DNA of 32,000 bases, from NCBI RefSeq assembly GCF_035285525.1, contig NZ_JAYKGW010000224.1, positions 4,125 to 36,124 on the forward strand, written 5' to 3'. Of the stretch, positions 18,319 to 25,245 are shown in pieces. The stretch comes from Okeania sp. (GTDB lineage Bacteria; Cyanobacteriota; Cyanobacteriia; Cyanobacteriales; Microcoleaceae). Every line of letters starts with the position of its first letter. Position 1 is the first letter of the stretch. The position numbers were made by a program, and so were the translations under genes. The notes under the pieces are model-generated. The model saw nothing but the letters and a program-made list of their open reading frames with translations. It ran no database searches and was not told where the DNA came from.

Positions 18319-19644
18319 ATGCAAACATTCGTATTTATATGGTTGGGTCAAGTATTTTCTCTATTAGGTTCCAGTCTAAGTGAATTTGCTCTAGCAGTAT
18401 GGGTATATCAAACAACAGGTTCAATTACCCACTATGCTTTATTGTCTTTATTCATTCATTTGCCTAGTATCTTTATCTCTCCATTTGCTGGTGCGATGGT
18501 GGATCGTTGGAGTCGCCGTTGGGTAATGATTGTCAGTGACTCAATGAGTGGAGTAACAGCATTAGCAATAATGTTTTTAGTCTTCTCCGGGCAACTACAA
18601 GTTTGGCATATTTATGTAGCAGTGGGTATTAGTTCGGTTTGCAATGCCTTTCAATCACCAGCTTATATTTCTGCAATTTCCCAACTTGTGCCAGTACAAC
18701 ACTTGAATCGAGCAAATGGTATGGTACAAGGTGCAATAGGAACTGCTAGAATTATTGGTCCAAGTATAGCGGGATTATTAATAGCCAAAATTCATATTCA
18801 TGGGATATTATTAGTAGACTTTAGTACCTATCTCCTAGCATTTTTCACTTTATTAACTGTCAAATTTCCTACCAGACAACAGAAACATATAAGACGAAAA
18901 GTAAATATTAAATATTTATGGCAGGAAGTTGTTTCCGGGTGGAATCATGTGGTGGTTTCTACTGGTTTGCGCCAGTTAACAATTTTCTTTGGAGTTGTCT
19001 ATTTAAGTGCAGGAGTATTGCAAGTTTTATTTTTGCCAATGGTATTAAGTTTTGCTTCGGAAAAAGAATTAGGAATAGTGATGTCTGCTAGTGGTATAGG
19101 AATGTTATTCGGCAGTATCATGGTTAGTTTATGGGGATGTTCTCAACGTAGGATAGAGGGAATTTTATTTTTTGTATTTATTCAAGGATTATGTTTCTGT
19201 TTAGCAGCATTAAAACCTGCTGTTATTGTCATTGGAATGGGTGGTTTTGGTTATCTATGTTCCCGGGCAATTATTGTTAGTTTGAACCATACTATTTGGC
19301 AACAAAAAGTACCTCAAAATTTACAAGGACGAGTATTTGCTTTGCAGAATATGATGGAAAAGTGTTTGTTAGTAATTACTCACCTGAGTGTGGCGCCTTT
19401 AGTACAGTTTATGTTTAAGCCTTTGATGAGTGAAAATGGTATTTTAGCAAGTAGTATCGGCAGAATTATTGGAGTTGGAGATGGCAGAGGAATGGCTTTG
19501 TTATTTGTATTGATCGGTTTCTTGAATATTGGAGCAGTATTAACTGCCTATCGTACTCCAGAGTTGCGACGGGTGGAGAAAGAATTGCCTGATGTTGAGA
19601 GATTGAAAGTCGATGATACTGAAGGTTTTATCAATGCAGGATAA
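18319..19644 (+). CDS. MFS transporter (DHA3/EntS-like efflux type)
   Basis: 441 aa with ~12 predicted TM helices. The MFS loop motif GAMVDRWSRRWVMIVSD lies between TM2 and TM3. Confidence 0.9.
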   Translation: MQTFVFIWLGQVFSLLGSSLSEFALAVWVYQTTGSITHYALLSLFIHLPSIFISPFAGAMVDRWSRRWVMIVSDSMSGVTALAIMFLVFSGQLQVWHIYVAVGISSVCNAFQSPAYISAISQLVPVQHLNRANGMVQGAIGTARIIGPSIAGLLIAKIHIHGILLVDFSTYLLAFFTLLTVKFPTRQQKHIRRKVNIKYLWQEVVSGWNHVVVSTGLRQLTIFFGVVYLSAGVLQVLFLPMVLSFASEKELGIVMSASGIGMLFGSIMVSLWGCSQRRIEGILFFVFIQGLCFCLAALKPAVIVIGMGGFGYLCSRAIIVSLNHTIWQQKVPQNLQGRVFALQNMMEKCLLVITHLSVAPLVQFMFKPLMSENGILASSIGRIIGVGDGRGMALLFVLIGFLNIGAVLTAYRTPELRRVEKELPDVERLKVDDTEGFINAG

Positions 19645-19685
19645 TTCTTCATTAATGGATAATTGATAATGGATAATTGATAATT

Positions 19686-20025
19686 ACCTATCCTTAAAAG
19701 CTATCTCTTATAAAGTTTTAGCCTTATTTGGGTTTGTGGCAAAAAAAAGTGCAAGTTTTTAGGTTTGAGTGAGCAGAAAATTAGAATTTTCGGGTAGACA
19801 AGTACATAAAAATTAAGAGAAAATTATTCCTATCAATTTGTCTGTCTTCCCCAGAATTGAAGAGCGTAGGGGTTTGGTCTCCAAACCCTCTACAAACTAG
19901 GAATTTTCGCTCTTTTCTAATGGCAACCTTATTCTCCAAAGCAAGCAGATTTGATATTAGGGATGGGTTCCTTCCTTCTCAGATTTCCCAAAGTTTCTGA
20001 CACTCTGTTTTTTCGCTAAACCCTA
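19686..20025. mobile_element. Family 1 MITE with degenerate left end and a nested family 5 element
   Basis: The right terminus is TTTTCGCTAAACCCTA. The interior is colinear with other family 1 copies, interrupted by GGTTTGGTCTCCAAACC...CAGATTTGATAT. Confidence 0.5.
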
Positions 20026-20085
20026 CTTGGGTTTGGTCTCCAAACCCCTACAGTTTTTTCTCACAAATCATTTATGATTTTTAAA

Positions 20086-20232
20086 TAGGGCTTGCTGAAT
20101 AAATCTAAAAGCTTTAATAAATATAAAGTTTTAGCCTTTTTATATCGAAAAAAGTACCTAGTTTTTGGTTGTTGTTGTCTTAAAATGATCAAGTTTTAAC
20201 CCTGACTATCAGAAAGTTTGGCCGTGACAAAT
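20086..20232. repeat. Family 1 MITE left half (variant shared with 18063-18190)
   Basis: TAGGGCTTGCTGAATAAATC..., colinear with the sequence at 18075-18190. Confidence 0.5.
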
Positions 20233-20274
20233 AGTCTAAATTGTTCCCTACTCCCTACTCCCTAATAGATAATA

Positions 20275-21111
20275 ATGTACAAAACTCAAGCAGCAGATAC
20301 AACAATAGAAGCTGAAAAAATCTGGTTTAAATTGATAAGCAAAATGCCTATAGAAACCAGAATTATGCAACATCATAGAGCATCTATTCAGTCACAACAA
20401 ATTTGGTGGGATTTATTTAAACAGGAACGTAAAAATTTAACAAATAAGCAATTAAAAATAGAGTATATCAAGTTAATATTAGGAGAAGAATATTGTTTAA
20501 TAAATAAATTAATTGATACAGATTTTATGATTATTTCGGAAATAGATTTAGCTATAAATATTGGGAAAATATTAGATGATTTGTACATTCCTTATTATCT
20601 AAGTGGTGGTCTTGCTAGTTCTTTCTGGGGAGAACGGAGACAAACAGAAGATGTTGATATGGCAGTAATTTTAGAACCAGAAAAAGTACCACAATTAATA
20701 GCAGCTTTATCAACAGAATTTTATGTTAGTGACATTGCTATAGATGATGCTATGAGTGGTCGTACTAATACTTTTAATATTATTCACTTGGCATCCGTCA
20801 TTAAGGCTGATATTTATTCTATTCAACAATCAAATAATTTTGATTTTTCCGCAATATCGCGCCGTCAACAAGTGGAATTATTTTCCACAAATCAATTTAT
20901 TTATATTGCTACTCCTGAAGATATTGTTTTACAGAAATTAAAATGGTACAAAATTGCAGATGATTATTCTCAAAAACAATGGCGCGATGTATTAGGAATC
21001 TTAAAAGCTAGACAACAAATATTAGATTTTGACTATTTGAAATTATGGAGTAATTATCTACAATTAACGCCAGAATTAGAAAAGGCTTTTGATGAAACAA
21101 ACTTAACTTGA
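20275..21111 (+). CDS. Nucleotidyltransferase-fold protein (pol-beta/MNT-like superfamily), function unknown
   Basis: The G[SG]-x(n)-DxD signature is YLSGGLASSFWGERRQTEDVDMAV. A third acidic strand is NIIHLASVIKADIY. There is a ~100 aa helical N-terminal extension. Confidence 0.7.
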   Translation: MYKTQAADTTIEAEKIWFKLISKMPIETRIMQHHRASIQSQQIWWDLFKQERKNLTNKQLKIEYIKLILGEEYCLINKLIDTDFMIISEIDLAINIGKILDDLYIPYYLSGGLASSFWGERRQTEDVDMAVILEPEKVPQLIAALSTEFYVSDIAIDDAMSGRTNTFNIIHLASVIKADIYSIQQSNNFDFSAISRRQQVELFSTNQFIYIATPEDIVLQKLKWYKIADDYSQKQWRDVLGILKARQQILDFDYLKLWSNYLQLTPELEKAFDETNLT

Positions 21112-21591
21112 TATTGCTAAACTAAGGAAACTCTATTGGGATGTTCAAAAAATAGATATTGACTAATTTCTTTCATGCCAAAACCTGTGTATTTTCTTAC
21201 CTCTGGTTCGTGGAAACCCAAGACAATATCTTTTTGCTATATATAGCAATCTTTCGGAACGGAAATATTTGATAACTTTCTAATATAAATAGGGCTTGCT
21301 GAATTATTTATCAAAGTTTTTACGGGCATTGCTTTCAGCATTTATAGATACTAAGAAAGTACCAACTTTTAGGTGATTCCAGCTTAAAAATCTACGATTT
21401 TGAGCCAAACTAGGGGTAAAAAATTAAGGGAAGATTCTTCTGGCTACTTCTTCTCTGATTCCCATTCCTCCTAAATTCTGGATTCACCGATTCTGGCTCC
21501 TCCCCTCTACTAAAAGACTTTTTCCGCAAACCCTAAATAGTGTTTACTCAAGGTTTGTTTCAGGTCTTCTATTTCAGATTTGCCAACAAAA
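21064..21591. repeat. Long direct repeat A: copy of NTase 3' end + xisI 3' remnant + xisH fragment (with ~380-bp internal deletion and a MITE insertion)
   Basis: Colinear by eye with 24014-24695. TTAGAAAAgGCTTTTGATGAAACAAACTT..., ...TTCTGGTTCGTGGAAACCCAAGACAATATCTTTTT, GCTATATATAG..CTTTCGGAACG and ...TCTTCTATTTC.GATTTGCCAACAAAA are shared. Confidence 0.85.
21290..21535. mobile_element. MITE, family 1, inserted into repeat A (filled site; the empty site is at 24646-24652)
   Basis: TAGGGCTTGCTGA ... TCCGCAAACCCTA. TAAATAG is present on both sides (21286-21292 and 21534-21540) but only once in the paralogous sequence ...GTAATATAAATAGTATTGACCC at 24639-24660. Confidence 0.85.
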
Positions 21592-21654
21592 ATATGATTC
21601 ATTAATTACTAAAAATTAGAGCCACTCAGCAAAAGTTTTTTTTACAATCAAAAC

Positions 21655-22719
21655 TTATCTTATTAAAGCAGGTGGTAAATCTTTAAAAGATGCACCTGCT
21701 CCATTATAAAGTGGTAATCCAAAAATATTTGGAGTCTCACAATGAGTAGGTCTGGGAAAACAAAAATTACTTAAATTATTGGCTGCAATAAAGAATAAAC
21801 GCTTCCTTTTTTGTGGCGTTCCATAATCAGTAGCTAGTAACTGTTTATGAGTAATTTCATATCCTATATTATTAAATGATTTATAAATTTCTTCTATCAT
21901 ATTAGTAGCTTTAACCTGAGCTAAACCATAAACATTTTCCATAACCACAATTTCAGGTTGTAATTCCTGAATATGAGCCACATAATCTTGATATAAAACA
22001 CCTAATGGATCATTAGTTGCAGCTTGTTTACCAGCAACACTGAATGGCTGACATGGCGGCCCCCCAATTATAATGTCAGGTTTTTTTCCTATTTTTTCTA
22101 GCACTATTTCAGGTTTTAAATCTCTAATATCTGCCTTGAAAAAATTCCATTTTGGGCGATTTTTTTTGATAGTTTTTTCCACAAAATCTTCTATATCAGT
22201 AGAAAAAGCAGTTTCAAAATTAATCCTTTCATTTGATGCTTGCTCGAAACCTAAATCTAGTCCTCCTGCTCCAGTAAAATATGAAGCTATTTTCAATATT
22301 CTACTCTTATTTTGTCTTTGAAAATAACGATTAATTTCTCCAGCAATAGCTTTCCCTAATCTCACTGGTACCGCATTACCAATTTGCTTTTGTACTTGCC
22401 CTAAAGTACCACAAAACTGATAATTTATAGGAAAATCTTGTAAACAAGCAGCTTCCCTGGGAGTGATATATCTATCCTCTATAGGATGAACAAATTTATT
22501 AAAAATATGCGCTGTTACTGTTAGAGAAGGTTTATCCATTTCTAGTCTAATTAAACGCATATTCGGACCCCCTGTTTTTTTAGCTCCTTTCCTAACAAAA
22601 CTTTTGTGTTGAAGTCGAGGGGGTAGATTACCCATTTTACCTCCAGGGGGGAGATTTTTTATCCTTTCTAATACAATTCCTGTATATTCTCTAGTTTCGT
22701 GGTTTACTACCTCTATCAT
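21655..22719 (-). CDS. DNA (cytosine-5) methyltransferase with circularly permuted motif order (IX-X-I-IV-VI-VIII)
   Basis: TPREAACLQDFP (aa 86-97) and QIGNAVPV (112-119) precede YFTGAGGLDLGF (147-158), GGPPCQPF (219-226), ENV (260-262) and QKRKRLFFI (303-311). The C-terminus FPRPTH...FKDLPPAL and the N-terminus VVNHETR... look like the two halves of a split target-recognition domain. Confidence 0.85.
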   Translation of the reverse strand: MIEVVNHETREYTGIVLERIKNLPPGGKMGNLPPRLQHKSFVRKGAKKTGGPNMRLIRLEMDKPSLTVTAHIFNKFVHPIEDRYITPREAACLQDFPINYQFCGTLGQVQKQIGNAVPVRLGKAIAGEINRYFQRQNKSRILKIASYFTGAGGLDLGFEQASNERINFETAFSTDIEDFVEKTIKKNRPKWNFFKADIRDLKPEIVLEKIGKKPDIIIGGPPCQPFSVAGKQAATNDPLGVLYQDYVAHIQELQPEIVVMENVYGLAQVKATNMIEEIYKSFNNIGYEITHKQLLATDYGTPQKRKRLFFIAANNLSNFCFPRPTHCETPNIFGLPLYNGAGASFKDLPPALIR

Positions 22720-23225
22720 AGTTCAAAATCTCTTAAAATTGGCTCTTCTATTGTTATTATATAATCAAAAATCCTTCTCATTTTTTCCTGTTTCAGGACA
22801 TTAAAACCTGAGAGATTTTCAACATCTTCTTCATATCCCCACAAAATTTTTAGGAAAGGAGAAATATATTCTTCGCCGTGACGATATGCTGGTAAATTAG
22901 AGATTAGAGCAGTCTTTACTTCCCGATATTCTTTGTAATTAGAAGCAATTTTTAAGACTTGGTATATACCTTTTTTAATATCATCTGTTCTATCCATACC
23001 TACACTGGTTTTACTATCGCTAATTGACTCTCGAATTGGCCATTTATCTATAGTTTTAGCGATCGCAGGTGGCGAACCACTGGCATTTGATAAGTAATAC
23101 ATTTTATTATTTTTATCCCTGTTTTGATAAGCTGTTTTTGCTTCTAACCAAGTTTCTACAAAACTAAAGACTATTTGTTGATTTTTAGGAGTAATAATAA
23201 GTTCTACAGCGCTTTCAAAAGGCAA
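22716..23225 (-). CDS. Hypothetical protein; probable C-terminal fragment of a decayed restriction endonuclease
   Basis: The stop overlaps the methyltransferase ATG (ATGA). The track start is TTG. The frame is open a further 11 codons upstream, back to a TAA. No family was recognised. Confidence 0.5.
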   Translation of the reverse strand: MPFESAVELIITPKNQQIVFSFVETWLEAKTAYQNRDKNNKMYYLSNASGSPPAIAKTIDKWPIRESISDSKTSVGMDRTDDIKKGIYQVLKIASNYKEYREVKTALISNLPAYRHGEEYISPFLKILWGYEEDVENLSGFNVLKQEKMRRIFDYIITIEEPILRDFEL

Positions 23226-23295
23226 GAGTTTGGCATATACTTTTCCTAGAGGAAGAATTTATTGATTGTGCATATAAAGAGCTGAACTTGCATTT

Positions 23296-23709
23296 TTAAG
23301 TTGAGATGTTTGTTAGTATTACTTTCTGATGAGGTTTCTCTATTTCGATATTTTGCAGATAAAAAAGCATAGGATAAGTTATTAAAGGAGCAGATTTAAC
23401 TTCTCCAAAAATTAGCAATCCTTCTTGATGATATAAAATAGCATCTGCTAACTCTGTACCTCCAATCGAAACTACTTTTTCTAAATTATTTGATAATTTT
23501 TCTATAAATTTGAGGATAACTTCACTGCTTAATTTTCCAATAGCACCAGATTGCGGTTTAGCTGCTTTTTGGTAAGTCCAAATTTCTCCTTTTTCATAGC
23601 AAGGAGAACAAAGGTTTATAAATCCTATATGAAAATTATAGGGAGCTGGAAGATTGTCGCAACTTTCAATATATGTTTCTATTCCTGATGTCGCATCTAT
23701 AATAAGCAA
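23296..23709 (-). CDS. Hypothetical protein; probable central fragment of a restriction endonuclease carrying a PD-(D/E)xK-like motif
   Basis: ELADAILYHQEGLLIFGEVK reads as D-x13-EVK. The TTG start overlaps the upstream 61-aa ORF by 44 nt in another frame. Confidence 0.5.
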   Translation of the reverse strand: MLIIDATSGIETYIESCDNLPAPYNFHIGFINLCSPCYEKGEIWTYQKAAKPQSGAIGKLSSEVILKFIEKLSNNLEKVVSIGGTELADAILYHQEGLLIFGEVKSAPLITYPMLFYLQNIEIEKPHQKVILTNIST

Positions 23710-23851
23710 GAGACATTACCACATCAAAACAAAAAGCATGAGTATGGGAATTTTTATTACTAGCCCAATCTAATAATTTTTCAATGGTTGAACACCAAGG
23801 ATATTCTGATAAAGGCGGTTTACCTTTGAATTTTTCTATAGCTAAATTCAC
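23666..23851 (-). CDS. Short ORF; probable N-terminal fragment of the same decayed nuclease gene
   Basis: ATG-initiated 61 aa ORF. Its frame runs into the 137-aa ORF frame with a 1-nt offset near 23700. Confidence 0.3.
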   Translation of the reverse strand: MNLAIEKFKGKPPLSEYPWCSTIEKLLDWASNKNSHTHAFCFDVVMSLAYYRCDIRNRNIY

Positions 23852-23915
23852 TATTTTCCTATCTTTTTAATTAAATAAAATGGGATATATTTAGCATACA
23901 ATACAATAAAATAGA

Positions 23916-23942
23916 CTAATACGCATTTAAAATGCGTATTAG
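23916..23942. promoter_or_regulatory. Perfect 13+1+13 palindrome CTAATACGCATTT-A-AAATGCGTATTAG upstream of the R-M cassette
   Basis: Exact reverse-complement arms were read directly. It lies 65 nt upstream of the first nuclease fragment. Confidence 0.35.
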
Positions 23943-24013
23943 CAATTAAAAAGTAAAAATTAATAAGAGTTTTGTTGTTAAACAGGTATAAAATAAATAT
24001 GTCGTTTAAATGC

Positions 24014-24695
24014 TTAACAGCTTATTAGAAAAAGCTTTTGATGAAACAAACTTGACTTGATATTGCTAAATTGAAAAACTTTGTTTCCACTAAAAAAATT
24101 AGTAGGGCAGATATTCAAAAAATGAATATTAGCTAATTTATTTCATACCAAAATCTGTGTATTTTCTTACTTCTGGTTCGTGGAAACCCAAGACAATATC
24201 TTTTTTAGGAATACCTTCTTTTACTAATTCATCAGCAATCCCATCTTCCGTATTATCGCACTGAATCCAAACTTGATTATTTATAATTTCCACATGAATT
24301 AGAAAACTATGAAAATGTTTTTGCTCTATCCATCCTTCGGAAATAATCACATATTGCCCATTTTTATTGTCAAAAGCAGCACGATTTTTAATCGGAACAT
24401 TGGCATATTTAATATCAACATAAGGCTGCATAACTTTACAGATAATCATCTGATAATTTTCTAGTTTATCCATTGTGTAATTTCCTCTTTTTCTGGATTA
24501 AAAATAATTAGTTTTAAGCTCTTATCCTCTAGCAACATTTGACCGATTTATAAACTGAATAATCTTTCAAAAACTGCTTTTCTGATTGCTATATATAGGA
24601 CTCTTTCGGAACGAATATATTTGATGACTTTGTAATATAAATAGTATTGACCCAAAGTTTATTTCAAGTCTTCTATTTCCGATTTGCCAACAAAA
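24014..24695. repeat. Long direct repeat B: NTase 3'-end fragment + intact xisI + 3' two-thirds of xisH
   Basis: See repeat A. Homology starts inside a 45-nt copy of the NTase gene end (including its stop) and stops at TGCCAACAAAA inside xisH. Confidence 0.85.
24138..24473 (-). CDS. xisI: XisI (fdxN element excision controlling factor family)
   Basis: 111 aa. MDKLENYQ..., ...GW...H...H..I.N..VWIQCDNTEDGIADELVKEGIPKKDIVLGFHEP are typical XisI blocks. The ATG overlaps the xisH stop, as in canonical xisHI pairs. Confidence 0.9.
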   Translation of the reverse strand: MDKLENYQMIICKVMQPYVDIKYANVPIKNRAAFDNKNGQYVIISEGWIEQKHFHSFLIHVEIINNQVWIQCDNTEDGIADELVKEGIPKKDIVLGFHEPEVRKYTDFGMK

Positions 24696-24878
24696 CTTTT
24701 AACTTCTACTGCTATTTTCTGCCCTTCTTTTTCCGCAGCTAAGATTTTTTCCGCTCCTAAATCAATAAAGATGTCTTTTTGACCAATTTTAAGACTTAAA
24801 GGATCGTCAGTAATTACCCATCCATCTTTGAATTAGTGCTTTTTTAACGCATTCGTGGTAAATATCTTTGGCTGGCAT
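24461..24878 (-). pseudogene. xisH: xisH pseudogene (one frameshift, two in-frame TAA stops)
   Basis: The reading is MPAKDIYHECVKKALI, then a frameshift near 24828-24832. It resumes as KDGWVITDDPLSLKIGQKDIFIDLGAEKILAAEKEGQKIAVEVKSFVGKSEIEDLK, then TAA (24659-24661). It continues TLGQYYLYYKVIKYIRSERVLYIAIRKAVFERLFSL, then TAA (24548-24550), and ends IGQMLLEDKSLKLIIFNPEKEEITQWIN. The span is 418 nt, which is not a multiple of 3. Confidence 0.85.
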
Positions 24879-24933
24879 TTTTAAGAATAAATAATAATTA
24901 TAATTATATCACCAAGAAAAGTATATCTTAGCA

Positions 24934-25219
24934 GTAGGTTGGGTTGAGGAACGAAACCCAACAAAATATAGCGCTATGTACAAGTAAAAAGCCATCTCTG
25001 ACTAAATTGTTGGTTCGGAAATGCAGCACAAACAGAGTTTATACTATTTCTCTGTAACAATGCGCTTAATAATTTTTAGGCAGACCCGAATTTTACTAAT
25101 AGCTGTTATTTTTTATTAAGTGCAACATTAAGTTGAATTGGTATTAGAATTATTCTAACCTAAAATCGTATTATAATATAATATCTATGTTGGGTTTCAC
25201 TTCGTTCTACCCAACCTAC
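24934..25219. mobile_element. 286-bp MITE-like unit bounded by inverted family 3 hairpin modules
   Basis: The left end is GTAGGTTGGGTTGAGGAACGAAACCCAAC and the right end is GTTGGGTTTCACTTCGTTCTACCCAACCTAC, close to its reverse complement. It ends 27 nt before the cobA-hemD ATG. Confidence 0.55.
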
Positions 25220-25245
25220 GTTTTTACTAATAATTAATAACTAAA

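Noticed and set aside
20388-20941. Short ORFs inside or antisense to the nucleotidyltransferase gene (20388-20588, 20756-20941). The same applies to 22073-22321, 25941-26147, 28311-28511, 29351-29539, 11005-11314, 12942-13154 and 2394-2576.
   Set aside because: These are alternative-frame or antisense shadows of confidently identified genes in AT-rich DNA.
24960-25245. Possible cobalamin riboswitch upstream of cobA-hemD
   Set aside because: I looked for a B12-box-like GCCACTG / AGYCMGG core and conserved GC-rich helices. None was found. The region is AT-rich MITE interior.
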